This document shows positions 30,120 to 44,446 of a stretch of 64,000 bases of DNA, one piece after another. Source of the stretch: Myxococcota bacterium (GTDB taxonomy: Bacteria > Myxococcota_A > UBA9160 > UBA4427); NCBI GenBank assembly GCA_965250285.1, contig OZ252299.1, forward strand, positions 5,984,001 to 6,048,000, read 5' to 3'. A program made the position numbers and the translations under genes. Below the pieces are notes generated by a model. The model did no database searches, was not told where the DNA came from, and saw only the letters and a program-made list of their open reading frames with translations. How positions within the stretch are numbered: position 1 is the first letter of the stretch; each line of letters begins with the position of its first letter.

Positions 30120-30971
30120 ATGGCCAACGTATACGAGGCCCTGCAGCGCGCCGAGCGCGAACGCGAGCGAAAGGCGACGGGCGAGGACATCGGTGTCCAG
30201 GCGCCGCCGGTCTGGGAAGACGCGCCCAAGCCGCGGCGCGCCCAGACTTCGAAGCCCGGCTTGTTGGCGCGGCTGTTCCGCCGCGGCAGCGACCCGTCTT
30301 CGACCTCGATGGCGGGCGAGATCAACAAGCGCCGGATCTCGATCCTGCAGCCCGATTCGTACGTCGCCGAGCAGTACCGCACGCTGCGCGGTCGCATCGA
30401 CTCGCTCGCCACGCAGCGCGAGATCGGTACGCTGGCCGTGGTCAGCGCGAACGCCGGCGAGGGCAAGAGCACGGCAGCGATCAACCTCGCCGTCGTCACC
30501 GCGCTCTCGGTGGGTCGCAAGGTGCTGCTGATCGACTGCGATCTGCGCCGCCCGAAGGTGCACGCGAGCATGGGGCTCGAGCCCAAGACCGGGCTCGGTG
30601 AGATCCTCCTCGGCCAGGCCACGCTCGACGATGCGGTGATGCCGGTCGAAGGGCTCAACCTCGACGTGCTCGCCGTGCGCAACCAGCCGCAGAACCCGTC
30701 CGAGCTGCTCGCCTCGAAGGAGATGCGACAGCTGCTCGCCGAGGCGGGCGAGCGCTATGACCGCGTCATCGTCGACACGCCGGCGTCGCTGGGCCTGCCC
30801 GACTCGAAGACGATCTCGGAGTACTGTGACGGCATCGTGATGGTCGTGCGCGCGGACGTGACGTCGCGGGACGACGTGCAGTCGGCGCTCGAGCTGCTCG
30901 ATCGACGCCGCGTCGTCGGCATGGTCATCAACGGCACCGCACTCAACCGCAAGCAGTACGGCTACTATTGA
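30120..30971 (+). CDS. Stand-alone bacterial tyrosine (BY) kinase, CpsD/CapB family
   Basis: EQYRTLR, GEGKST (Walker A), IDCDLRRP (Walker A'), IVDTP (Walker B) and a C-terminal Tyr cluster QYGYY. Confidence 0.94.
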   Translation: MANVYEALQRAERERERKATGEDIGVQAPPVWEDAPKPRRAQTSKPGLLARLFRRGSDPSSTSMAGEINKRRISILQPDSYVAEQYRTLRGRIDSLATQREIGTLAVVSANAGEGKSTAAINLAVVTALSVGRKVLLIDCDLRRPKVHASMGLEPKTGLGEILLGQATLDDAVMPVEGLNLDVLAVRNQPQNPSELLASKEMRQLLAEAGERYDRVIVDTPASLGLPDSKTISEYCDGIVMVVRADVTSRDDVQSALELLDRRRVVGMVINGTALNRKQYGYY

Positions 30972-31002
30972 GCGCCGGCCGAGGGCGGCCGGCACACGGT
31001 GA

Positions 31003-33387
<2,385 letters not shown>

Positions 33388-33541
33388 AGAGTCGGCGGCG
33401 GCGGTCCCTCGATCCGCGAACGGTGTCATCGTCTGAGAGGCGGGGAGAAGTCGAGTCACCGGCTGCCCGTGCGCGGGCACCTACCTCGGGGGTCCATTCC
33501 GCCCCTGCGGCCCGGCGGGCCGAGAACTCGGAAGGGACGAC

Positions 33542-34501
33542 ATGGCAGACGAGCAGGCTGAGCCTCGGAGCGCTCTGGTGACCGGCGGTGCCGGGTTCAT
33601 CGGCGGCCACATCGTCGAACGGCTCGTCCGCGAGGGATGGCAGGTGCGCGTGCTCGACGACTTCTCGAGCGGTCGCGAGGCCAACCTCGCCGCCGTCGCC
33701 GGTCGGGTGGAGCTGCTTCGCGGCGACCTTGCGGACGAGACCGTGCTCGACCAGGCGCTGTCGGGCGTCGACGTCGTGTTCCACGAAGGCGCGATCGCGT
33801 CGGTGCCGCAGTCGGTCGACGACCCGGTGCGGACCCATCACGTGAACCTCACGGGCACGCTTCGCGTGCTCGAGGGCGCGCGGCGCCACGGCGTCTCTCG
33901 GGTCGTGTTCGCCGCGTCGTCCGCTGCGTATGGCAACGACGAGACGCTGCCCAAGCGCGAATCCCAGAAGCCCGACCTGCTCTCTCCCTACGCCGCGCAG
34001 AAGTACGGATCGGAGATCTACCTCCAGCTCTTCCACGAGCTGTACGGGCTCGAGACCGTCGCGCTGCGGTACTTCAACGTCTACGGCCCGCGGCAGGACC
34101 CGAAGAGCGACTACGCCGCCGTGATCCCGCTCTTCATCTCGGCCGCGCTCAGGGGCGACACGCTGCGCATCCACGGCGACGGCGAGCAGACCCGCGACTT
34201 CGTCTTCATCGACGACGTGGTCGAGGCGAATCTGCGGGCCGCCCGGGCCGAGGGGGCGGGGGGCGGCGTCTACAACGTCGCGAGCGGGCGCCGGACCAGC
34301 GTGAACGACCTCGTGCGGGCCATCGAGCAGGGCGTCGGTCGAAAGATCGACGTCGAGTACGGTGAGGCGCGCGCCGGAGACGTCAAGCACAGCTGGGCGG
34401 ATATCGAAGCCACGCGCGCCGCTCTGGGCTACGCACCCGGTGTCGAGCTCGAAACCGGGCTCGAGCGCACGATCGAGAGCTTCCGCGACGAGCTGGGCTG
34501 A
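33542..34501 (+). CDS. Extended-SDR NAD-dependent epimerase (WbpP/GalE-like UDP-hexose/HexNAc 4-epimerase)
   Basis: TGGAGFIG, SVPQS, ASSAAYG, YAAQK and LRYFNVYGPRQDP.SDYAAVIP. Confidence 0.9.
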   Translation: MADEQAEPRSALVTGGAGFIGGHIVERLVREGWQVRVLDDFSSGREANLAAVAGRVELLRGDLADETVLDQALSGVDVVFHEGAIASVPQSVDDPVRTHHVNLTGTLRVLEGARRHGVSRVVFAASSAAYGNDETLPKRESQKPDLLSPYAAQKYGSEIYLQLFHELYGLETVALRYFNVYGPRQDPKSDYAAVIPLFISAALRGDTLRIHGDGEQTRDFVFIDDVVEANLRAARAEGAGGGVYNVASGRRTSVNDLVRAIEQGVGRKIDVEYGEARAGDVKHSWADIEATRAALGYAPGVELETGLERTIESFRDELG

Positions 34502-34553
34502 GGGGCAGGGGTGGCCCCGTGAACCGGCTCCGCGCACCCGAGGATCCCTGCAC

Positions 34554-35870
34554 ATGAACGTCACTGTGATCGGTACGGGCTACGTCGGCCTCGTCACCGG
34601 TGCCTGTTTCTCCGAGTTCGGAGTGCAGGTCACCTGCGTCGACCAGGATGCCGACAAGATCGCCGCGCTCGAGCGAGGTGAGATCCCGATCTACGAGCCC
34701 GGTCTCGAAGATCTGGTGCGGCGCAACGGGCAAGCCGGTCGTCTGCTGTTCACGACCGATGGGGCCGAAGCGATCGCGAATGCGCTCGTGATCTTCATTG
34801 CCGTCGGAACGCCCCAGGCCGCCGACGGCAGCACGAACCTCGATTACATCGAGTCGGCGGCGCGTGGCATCGGTCGTTCGATCGACGGGTACAAGCTCGT
34901 CGTGACCAAGAGCACGGTGCCGGTCGGAACGGCGGCGAAGGTCCGCAGTTGGATCCAGGAGGAGCTGGACGCGCGCGGATCGGAAATCACGTTCAGCGTG
35001 GCGTCGAACCCCGAGTTTCTGCGCGAGGGCGCGGCGATTGGCGACTTCATGCGGCCCGACCGCGTCGTCGTCGGAACCGATCCGGAAGACGACCACGCGC
35101 TGGCGATCATGAAGGATCTCTACCGGCCGCTCTTCCTCAACGAGACGCCTTTCGTTCTGACGAACATTCCCACGGCCGAGCTGGCGAAGTACGCGGGCAA
35201 TGCGTTCCTCGCGACCAAGATCTCGTTCATCAACGAGATGTCGCTCATCTGCGAGCAGGTCGGCGGCGACGTGCAGGCCATCGCGCGGGCGATGGGTCTC
35301 GATCGACGCATCGGTCCGAAGTTTCTGCATGCGGGGCCTGGCTACGGGGGTTCGTGCTTTCCGAAGGACACGCACTCGGTCGCCCACTTCGCCGGTGAGC
35401 TGGGCGTCGACTTCAAGATCGCGAAGGCCGTCATCGAGGCGAACCAGCGCCAGCGCGTCGCGATGGTCGACAAGATCGTGGCGGCGCTCGACGGCGAGGT
35501 CGAGGGACGGCGCATCGCCGTGCTGGGCCTCTCGTTCAAGCCCGAGACCGACGACGTCCGCGAAGCGCCCGCCGTCGACATCGTGCGTGCGCTGCAGGAG
35601 CGCGGCGCCGAGGTGTGCGCGTTCGATCCCCACGCGATGGAGGAGGCCGCGAAGGTCCTGCCCGAGCTGAGGCTGTGCAAAGACAGCTACGAGGCCTGCG
35701 ACGGGGCCGACCTGCTCGCGATCGTGACCGAGTGGAACGAGTTTCGCGCGCTCGATCTCGGCCGGGTTCGGGGGCTGATGCGCTCGCCGCGGCTGGTCGA
35801 CATGCGCAACATCTACGAGCCTGCGACGGTGCGCGCGGCCGGCCTCGAGTACTGGAGCGTCGGCCGATGA
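34554..35870 (+). CDS. ugd: UDP-glucose/GDP-mannose dehydrogenase family protein
   Basis: IGTGYVG, KSTVPVGT, NPEFLREG, GYGGSCFPKD and FKPETDD.RE. Start at ATG 34554. Confidence 0.93.
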   Translation: MNVTVIGTGYVGLVTGACFSEFGVQVTCVDQDADKIAALERGEIPIYEPGLEDLVRRNGQAGRLLFTTDGAEAIANALVIFIAVGTPQAADGSTNLDYIESAARGIGRSIDGYKLVVTKSTVPVGTAAKVRSWIQEELDARGSEITFSVASNPEFLREGAAIGDFMRPDRVVVGTDPEDDHALAIMKDLYRPLFLNETPFVLTNIPTAELAKYAGNAFLATKISFINEMSLICEQVGGDVQAIARAMGLDRRIGPKFLHAGPGYGGSCFPKDTHSVAHFAGELGVDFKIAKAVIEANQRQRVAMVDKIVAALDGEVEGRRIAVLGLSFKPETDDVREAPAVDIVRALQERGAEVCAFDPHAMEEAAKVLPELRLCKDSYEACDGADLLAIVTEWNEFRALDLGRVRGLMRSPRLVDMRNIYEPATVRAAGLEYWSVGR

Positions 35871-35913
35871 CGGGTCGAAGTCGCGCGAACGCGTGCCGAC
35901 CGAGCGCGCGTCG

Positions 35914-37056
35914 ATGAGCCGAGCCAAGGCACCGGCCCTGCATGCGGTCGTCATCGCCGGCGGCGCCGGGGAGCGATTCTGGCCCGCGTCGCGGCGACAC
36001 CGACCCAAGCCCTTCCTGCGGGTCGTCGGCGGGCGCACGCTGCTCGGCGCGACGCTCGCGCGTGCGCGCCGATTCGCCCGAGGTGACCGCGTCTGGATCG
36101 TGTGTGGCAAGGAGCACGCGAAGGCGATGCGCGAGGAGAGCGGGCTGCCGCCGAGCCGCGTGCTCGTCGAGCCCGAGCGGCGCAACACGGCGATGGCCGT
36201 CGCGTGGGCGGCGCAGCGGATCGCCGCCGAAGATCCCGACGCCGTGATGGCGGTGCTGTCGGCCGACCACCACATCCCCGACGACCGCGCGTTCGCGGTC
36301 GACATCCGCCGCGCCGCGAAGGCAGCCGCCGAAGAGCACGTGCTGGTCACGCTCGGGGTGCGCCCGACGCGCCCCGATCCGGGCCTCGGCTACATCCAGA
36401 CCGGCCCGGCGGCCGGGGAGGCGTACCCGGGGCTGCGCCGGGTCGCGCGCTTCGTCGAGAAGCCCGACCTCGCGACCGCGAAGAAGTACGTATCGAGCGG
36501 TCGATTCCTCTGGAACGCGGGCATCTTCATCTGGCGGGCCCAGGCGGTGCTCGACGAGATCCGCAGCTGCGCCCCCGATCTGCACCGCGCGCTGGCGCCG
36601 CTGCGCAAGCAGCCGCGCGGGCGCAACCGAGACGCCGTGCTCGCGACGTATCGCCGCGCGCCGAGCCATCCGATCGATACGGCGGTCATGGAGCGCAGCG
36701 ACCGCGTCTGGACCGTACCGGTGGAATTCGAGTGGAGCGACGTCGGGACCTGGTCCTCGCTGGCCGAGCGACTGGGTGTGGGCACCCCCGATGTCGAAGA
36801 ATCGGCCGCAAAACGCCGCCGAGGTGCGCGAGGGGATGCGCAGGGGAACCGCGTGATCGCGGGCGACGTCCTGACCGAGGAAGCCGGGGGGAACCTCGTA
36901 TGGGGCGGCGATCGACTGATTGCGCTGCTCGGCGTCGACGACCTCGCGGTCATCGATACGGACGACGTGATCCTGATCACACAGCTATCGCGCAGTTCGG
37001 ACGTTCGGCGAATCGTGGCGGCGCTGAAGGCGGCCGGAAGAGATCGGCTCACCTGA
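35914..37056 (+). CDS. manC: Mannose-1-phosphate guanylyltransferase (no C-terminal isomerase domain)
   Basis: VIAGGAGERFWPASR..RPK, EP.RRNTA, ADH, FVEKP, WNAG and WSDVGTW. Confidence 0.92.
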   Translation: MSRAKAPALHAVVIAGGAGERFWPASRRHRPKPFLRVVGGRTLLGATLARARRFARGDRVWIVCGKEHAKAMREESGLPPSRVLVEPERRNTAMAVAWAAQRIAAEDPDAVMAVLSADHHIPDDRAFAVDIRRAAKAAAEEHVLVTLGVRPTRPDPGLGYIQTGPAAGEAYPGLRRVARFVEKPDLATAKKYVSSGRFLWNAGIFIWRAQAVLDEIRSCAPDLHRALAPLRKQPRGRNRDAVLATYRRAPSHPIDTAVMERSDRVWTVPVEFEWSDVGTWSSLAERLGVGTPDVEESAAKRRRGARGDAQGNRVIAGDVLTEEAGGNLVWGGDRLIALLGVDDLAVIDTDDVILITQLSRSSDVRRIVAALKAAGRDRLT

Positions 37057-37316
37057 GGCGCCCGCGGGAGCAGACGAGGGCGCCACGAGTGCGTACCCTC
37101 TCGATGGTCCGGCGGCTCGCCACGAACGGCCTGTGCAGATGGGACCCGCAGGCCGTGGGCAGCGCGTGCGCAGACGGGTGGGCCTCCTCACGAGGCAGGT
37201 CAGGCAGGAACGACGCCACTCCGCGGCTCAACGCAACGCACGTGTCCCGCCGCTGCACCCGGCGGACACGAGACGTCACCGGTCGAGAGCCCCGTGGCGT
37301 GAGAGGGAGACACCGA

Positions 37317-37994
37317 ATGAGCGAACCGATCGGTCGCAAGAAAGAAGCCATCGAGAGTCTCCGCGCGATCCCGCTGTTCTCGCGGGTGAGCGAGACCGAC
37401 CTCGAGGAGATCGCGGCGCATCTCATCGAGCGGCGCTTCCCCAAGCACACGACCGTGGTCGAAGAGGGCCTCGCGGGCGACTACATGTACGTGATTCGCC
37501 AGGGTCGCGTGAAGGTCACCAAGGCCTCTGATGACGGGCGCGAGAAGATCATGCAGTTCATGGAGACCGGAGACTTCTTCGGCGAGATGGCGCTGCTCTC
37601 GAACGACCCGCGATCGGCGAGCGTGAAGACGCTCGAGCCGAGCGTACTGCTGGCCCTGTCTCGCCGAGACTTCATCGAACAGCTGCGACAGAGCCCCGAT
37701 CTGGCGCTCGCCGTGATCGGTGAGCTGACGGACCGACTGCGCGAGACGAACGAGCAGGCGAGCTCGATGTCGTTCCAGGGCGTGAAGGATCGCACGCGGG
37801 GCCTCTTCGAGCGCATCGCGCGCGAGGAGCCCGCCCGCGCCGGTCAGCGCATGACGCCGGCGATGACTCACCAGCAGATCGCCGACATGATCGGTACGTC
37901 GCGCGAGACCGTCACACGCGCGATCAAGCAGCTGAAGGACGACGGCTGGCTCGGCCAGGAAGGCAAGCGCTACGTCATTCCCGGGGGCCCCTGA
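37317..37994 (+). CDS. Crp/Fnr family transcriptional regulator
   Basis: cNMP pocket FFGEMALL...PRSASV and HTH THQQIADMIGTSRETVTR. Start at ATG 37317 after a GGAG RBS. Confidence 0.95.
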   Translation: MSEPIGRKKEAIESLRAIPLFSRVSETDLEEIAAHLIERRFPKHTTVVEEGLAGDYMYVIRQGRVKVTKASDDGREKIMQFMETGDFFGEMALLSNDPRSASVKTLEPSVLLALSRRDFIEQLRQSPDLALAVIGELTDRLRETNEQASSMSFQGVKDRTRGLFERIAREEPARAGQRMTPAMTHQQIADMIGTSRETVTRAIKQLKDDGWLGQEGKRYVIPGGP

Positions 37995-38217
37995 ACCCGG
38001 GCCACGCCGACGCTCGGTCGCATCGAGGCGGCCGGCCTCGGCCTCAGACCCGGCCCCGGCGGCGGGATCCGACCGCCGCGGTCGCTCGGCCTCTCCACTC
38101 GGCTCCTCCACTGGGCATCTAAATCTCGACTCAGGCTCGACGCGGCATTCGCCGATGTTCGAGTGTGATGTGTTGTGATCCCACTCTGCCCGCGCGGCCC
38201 GCCTGGCGGTGGCCCGC

Positions 38218-39693
<1,476 letters not shown>

Positions 39694-39893
39694 GTGGCCA
39701 TGGGGTCGCGCGGGCCGATCGAGGCGGGTGCCGGGTGCAGCGCACCCGGTCGTGAACAATCGGTGTCCAGGGTCGGGGAAACGCCGTAGGTCACCGGGTT
39801 TTCGGTGGTATTCCGGCCTCCGATCGAGCAGACTCTGGGGCCGTTTTTTTGGGGTCGAACGGGGCTTCCCCCGTCGGAACGAGGATGACCGTG

Positions 39894-42434
39894 ATGTTCC
39901 AGAGGCGTGAGGCGGACCGACGCGAGCGGCGTGCGCAGATTCGATGGCTCGGCGTGGCACTGGTACTCGTGGCCACGGCTCTGGTCGTCGCGTGCAAGAC
40001 CGACAAGCAGAAGATCGAGGCCTTCAAGGAGCAGGCGGAGGCGTACGTCGAGGAGGAGAAGTTCCGCGAGGCGGTCATCGAATACCGCAACGTGCTGCAG
40101 ATCGATCCGAACGACGTCGACGCACACCGCGGTCTCGCCAAGACCTACCTGCAGCTGGGCTCCGTCAACGATGCCTACTGGGAGTTCTCGGAGACGATTC
40201 GACTCGATCCCACCGACCGCGATTCGCGCAACGCCTACGCGGCGATCTCACTGGCGAATGGTCGCTACGACGTCGTGCTCGAGCAGGGCGACGCCATGGT
40301 CGCGCAGGATCCCGACGACGAGATCGGCTACGTGCTGCAGGCACAGGCGTACGAGCGCCTGGGGCGCGAGGCCGAGGTCGAGCCGCTGATGCGCCAGATC
40401 ATCGCGGATCATCCCGAGAAGGCCGAGTACCGGCTGCTGCTCTCGAACTTCTACCTGCGCCAGGGACAGATCGACAAGGCCCTCGCCGAGGCCGAGGCGG
40501 CCCGCGAAGTCGACGAGTCGTTCGGTGTGATGACCCAGCTGATCCGCGTCACCGCCAACACCGAGAACGCCGACGACCAGATCGAGGCGTACATCCGACG
40601 CGCGATCGACATCTCGAACGAAGACTATGCCGAGACCGCCGGCGACGAGTTTCCCGTCGACAAGCGCGGCGAGGCGTATCGGCTGGGCACCAACTGGTAC
40701 GTGCTGCAGGACCGCGTCGACGATGGCGTGGTGCTCCTCGAAGAAGCCAGCCAGAAGATCGAGCCCGAGAACGAGGCCTGGCTCGAGCTGATGTTCATGC
40801 TCGCCGGGCTCCACCGGGATCATGGCCGTCACGACGAGGCGGCCGAGGTCATGCGGCGGGCGGCCGCTTCCGACGCTGGCAATCCCGATCCCTATCTGGT
40901 GCTCTCGACCTACCGCGCGGGTGAGGAAGACTTCGAGGGGGCGCTCGAAGCCGCGGAGCAGGCGCTCGCGGTCGATCCGACTTCGTTGAAGACGCGCCTG
41001 CGTCACGCCGAGGCGCTCGTCGAGTTCGGCACGGGTCGTCAGGATCCCGAAAAGCTGGAGGCGGGCCGGGCCGAGATCACCACGATCCTCGAAGAGAACC
41101 CGGGCCTGCCCGAGGCGCTCTTCGTGATCGCCAAGGTGGCGCTGGCCGAGCAGAACGTCGACGGCGCGATCGAGGCGCTCTCTGCCTGCATCGAGGCCAA
41201 GCCCGATTGGCCCCAGGCGCGGCTGCTGCTGGGCACCGCCCTGATGGCCCAGGGCGAGATGGCCCGCGCCCGCGTCGAGCTGGCGCTGGCGCTCGAGCTC
41301 GAGCCGTCGCTGCTCGTCGCGCGACGGGCGTTGATTCGCATCCACTCCGCCCTGAACGAGCACGAGTACGCAATCGACCAGGGTCGCATGTACCTCAAGC
41401 GCCGTCCCGATGACGAAGAGATTCGCGTCGTGTTGGCCCAGAGCCTGATTCGCCTCGGGCGCATCGAAGAGGCGAAGGAAGTGCTGCTCGAGATGCCCGC
41501 CGACGGTATGCAGGCGCAGGGCGTTTTTGCGCTCGCGCGCATCGAGATGGCGACCGGCAACCGGGTGAAGGCGCGCGAGCTGCTCGAGCAGATCGAGGCC
41601 GAGATGCCGCACCACGTGAAGGTGATCCAGAGCTTTGCGGCGCTCGACCGCGTCGAGGGCCGCATGGACGAGACCCACGCGCGCGTAGCGGCTGCGGTCG
41701 AGGCGAATCCCGAAGACGCTGCACTGATGGAGCTGGCGGGCGTGATCGCGGCGAGCGAGGGCGACCTCGAGCTGGCCGAACAGCGCTACCGCAAAGCCAT
41801 CGAGATCGACCCGGGGATGCTCGAGGCGTACTCGAAGCTCGCCACGATCTACAGCTCGCAGGGGCGCATCGACGAGACGATCGAGATCTACAAGGCCGCC
41901 GTCGCCGAGGATCCCGACGCCGCGGCCGCGCATCACTTCCTCGCCGTGCTGTACGAGATGACCGCCAAGCGCGACCTTGCGCTCGAGCACTACGAGGCCG
42001 CCATCGCGGCCGACGACTCGATGTCCGAGTCGAAGAACAATCTGGCCTACCTGCTCGCGACGAGTGGGCGTGACCTCGACCGCGCGCTGACGCTCGCGCA
42101 GGAGGCGAAGGCCGCCATGCCGGGCAACCCGAATACGGCCGACACGCTGGGCTGGGTGCTCCTCAAGCGCGGCGTGCCCTCCGCGGCGACGGGCTACTTC
42201 CGAGAGGCGCTCGCCAACATGCCGCCCGACCACGAGTCGCGCGGCGAGGTCGGCTATCACCTCGGCCTCTCGTACGCGGCGGCCGGTGAGAGCGACGACG
42301 CGGTCGCGGCGTTCGAGACGGCGCTGCAGTACCTCGACAGCCAGCTCGACGCAGCCCAGGCCGCGGGTCAGACGGTCGGCGAGCCGCCGTGGGCGAGCCA
42401 GGCGCGGGCCGAGCTTCAGAAGCTCCAGAGCTGA
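39894..42434 (+). CDS. Multi-TPR lipoprotein (PrsT-like, exosortase-system associated)
   Basis: Lipobox LVVAC; A.IEYRN.LQIDP; many TPR repeats; C-terminal NNLAY...A..LA..A....P....DTLGW as in PrsT-like proteins. Confidence 0.8.
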   Translation: MFQRREADRRERRAQIRWLGVALVLVATALVVACKTDKQKIEAFKEQAEAYVEEEKFREAVIEYRNVLQIDPNDVDAHRGLAKTYLQLGSVNDAYWEFSETIRLDPTDRDSRNAYAAISLANGRYDVVLEQGDAMVAQDPDDEIGYVLQAQAYERLGREAEVEPLMRQIIADHPEKAEYRLLLSNFYLRQGQIDKALAEAEAAREVDESFGVMTQLIRVTANTENADDQIEAYIRRAIDISNEDYAETAGDEFPVDKRGEAYRLGTNWYVLQDRVDDGVVLLEEASQKIEPENEAWLELMFMLAGLHRDHGRHDEAAEVMRRAAASDAGNPDPYLVLSTYRAGEEDFEGALEAAEQALAVDPTSLKTRLRHAEALVEFGTGRQDPEKLEAGRAEITTILEENPGLPEALFVIAKVALAEQNVDGAIEALSACIEAKPDWPQARLLLGTALMAQGEMARARVELALALELEPSLLVARRALIRIHSALNEHEYAIDQGRMYLKRRPDDEEIRVVLAQSLIRLGRIEEAKEVLLEMPADGMQAQGVFALARIEMATGNRVKARELLEQIEAEMPHHVKVIQSFAALDRVEGRMDETHARVAAAVEANPEDAALMELAGVIAASEGDLELAEQRYRKAIEIDPGMLEAYSKLATIYSSQGRIDETIEIYKAAVAEDPDAAAAHHFLAVLYEMTAKRDLALEHYEAAIAADDSMSESKNNLAYLLATSGRDLDRALTLAQEAKAAMPGNPNTADTLGWVLLKRGVPSAATGYFREALANMPPDHESRGEVGYHLGLSYAAAGESDDAVAAFETALQYLDSQLDAAQAAGQTVGEPPWASQARAELQKLQS

Positions 42435-42747
42435 TCCCGCCTGCGGCGCGCCCCGATCGGAGGGGCCGCCGCGGCATGGGGCCTGATTCCCCGCGGGCGA
42501 TTCGCTGAGCGGCTCTTCGGCGTGTGTGGCGACCTCGGGCACGCCCGAGACGCTGAGCTGCCCACCGCGGTGCTCCCATACACAACGCCACTCAACCCTC
42601 GCTCCCGAGACGCCGATAGGTTCGACGCACACCTGCGCGTGACACGCGTTTCGCGTGCCCGCTCGTGCGCGGCTTCGCCCATCTCGGGCGCGGGCTGCGG
42701 CGATGGGGCAGCGGAGCGATCGACGTGCACGCTCGTGGAGGGATGGC

Positions 42748-44316
42748 ATGAGAACCTGGATGCTTCTGTCGCTGGTGACCGTGAGCTTGATGCTCACCGC
42801 GCCCGCGCTGGCCGACGATGGGCTGGGGCTCGACTTCGACGACGCGGGTCTCGGACTCGAGCCGCAGGCGGCCCCGGCCGCCGAGCCGCCGGCGCAGGCC
42901 GAGCTGCCGGCGCAGGCCGAGGCGACGCCGCAGCCGCCGACCGCGACCGCCCCCGACGCCCCGGCACCGTCGGCCGACGTCGATCCCGCCGTCGCGGCGA
43001 TGGAGAAGGAGCTGGAGGCCGAGGCTGAGGCCGCCGTCGGTCCCGACCCCGAGCTTCAGGCCCTCGAGCAGTCGTACGGCGAGCACAGCGATGCGCCGGC
43101 GACCACGCCCGAGGCCGACAGCGGCATGATGGCGATCGACGACACGCCGCCCGACACCGACATGCACAGCGAGCCCGCGACCGAGGCGGCACCCGCCCGC
43201 GCGATCACGCTCGGTCCGATGGGCGTCGACGACGAAGGCCGGGTCGGCCGCATCCATACGGTGTCCACGGGCGACACGCTCTGGGACATCTCGAACGCCT
43301 ACCTCGGCACGCCCTGGGTCTGGCCGTCGGTCTGGAACGACAACGATGGCATCTCGAACCCGCACCGCATCTCGCCGGGTGATCACATCTGGATCACGGC
43401 CGGCGAGATGCGCGTCGTGACCGACGCGCAGCGCGATCAGCTCATCGACGCCGTCCCCGAAGACGTGGCCGACGAGGAGATCGAGTGGGACGAAGAGATC
43501 GAAGACGACGTGCCCGCCGCGCTCGGCGAGGATGACGAGCTCATGGCTGCGAGCGAGCCGACCGACATGGACGAGCTGCCCGTCACCGTGCCCGCCGATA
43601 CCCCCGATGCGTCGCCGACCGGCGCCATGGTGCGCGTGAGCGAGGCCGAGAGCCTGGGCTTCGTCTCGCCCGACACGATCGACGCGGCGGCCAGCATCGT
43701 CGACAGCTCGGTGCTGCGCACCTGGCTCGTCGACGGCGACGAGATCTACATCGGCCTCGGCGAGGGCGAGGTGCAGGCCGGCGACGAGTACACGATCTAT
43801 CGCGACGCCGATGCCGTGCGCGATCTCGATGGCACGCTGCTCGGCTACCACGTCGAGGTGCTCGGCTGGGCGGTGGTGCGCGAGGTCGAGGCCGAGTCGG
43901 CCAAGGCCGAGATCCGCATGAGCCAGTCGGAGATTCGCCGCGGCGACCTCGTGATCCCGCGCGACCCGATCAACATCAACGTGCCCGTCAAGGACTCGCC
44001 CGACATGGTGCCCGGCAACGTCGTGTACCTGCCCGATAGCCGAACGGCGATGGGCGATGGCGAATGGGTCTACGTGAACCGCGGTGACCTGCACGGCGTC
44101 GAGCCGGGCACCGAGCTCGAAGCGTACGAGCCCGGCCGCATGCTCATGGACAAGGGCAAGCGCCAGAAGGTGCTGACGCCCGACAACGTCGTGGCGAAGC
44201 TGATCGTCGTCGACACTCAGCCGGACAGCGCGGTGGCCTACATCGTCCACTCGCGTCGTCCGATCGAGATTGGCGACAAGGTGCGCCCGCACACGAAGAA
44301 GCTCGCTCAGCGCTGA
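42748..44316 (+). CDS. LysM peptidoglycan-binding protein (TsaP-like) with acidic/Pro-Ala-rich linkers
   Basis: Signal peptide; HTV..GDTLWDIS..YLG.PW.WP.VW..N..I.NPH.I.PG. Lies immediately upstream of dprA, the usual TsaP-like position. Confidence 0.85.
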   Translation: MRTWMLLSLVTVSLMLTAPALADDGLGLDFDDAGLGLEPQAAPAAEPPAQAELPAQAEATPQPPTATAPDAPAPSADVDPAVAAMEKELEAEAEAAVGPDPELQALEQSYGEHSDAPATTPEADSGMMAIDDTPPDTDMHSEPATEAAPARAITLGPMGVDDEGRVGRIHTVSTGDTLWDISNAYLGTPWVWPSVWNDNDGISNPHRISPGDHIWITAGEMRVVTDAQRDQLIDAVPEDVADEEIEWDEEIEDDVPAALGEDDELMAASEPTDMDELPVTVPADTPDASPTGAMVRVSEAESLGFVSPDTIDAAASIVDSSVLRTWLVDGDEIYIGLGEGEVQAGDEYTIYRDADAVRDLDGTLLGYHVEVLGWAVVREVEAESAKAEIRMSQSEIRRGDLVIPRDPININVPVKDSPDMVPGNVVYLPDSRTAMGDGEWVYVNRGDLHGVEPGTELEAYEPGRMLMDKGKRQKVLTPDNVVAKLIVVDTQPDSAVAYIVHSRRPIEIGDKVRPHTKKLAQR

Positions 44317-44341
44317 ACCGCGACGCTCCGAGCGCGTCCTG

Positions 44342-44377
44342 GCGGCGGTCTCCTCGCGGAGGCCGCCGCTTTGCGTT
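44342..44377 (+). terminator. Putative intrinsic terminator
   Basis: Stem GCGGCGGTCTCC / GGAGGCCGCCGC (one G-U pair), loop TCGC, followed by TTTGCGTT, 25 bp after the LysM gene stop. Confidence 0.55.
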
Positions 44378-44446
44378 GTGAAGCGGGTCGTCGCCCGGCA
44401 CCGCGCGAGTTGCTACTGAAGCCCGTCCCGGTCCCCGGAGCCCCTC

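Noticed and set aside
39844..39850. T7 run upstream of the TPR lipoprotein as a phase-variable tract or terminator
   Set aside because: Too short for typical slippage, and no suitable hairpin directly precedes it.
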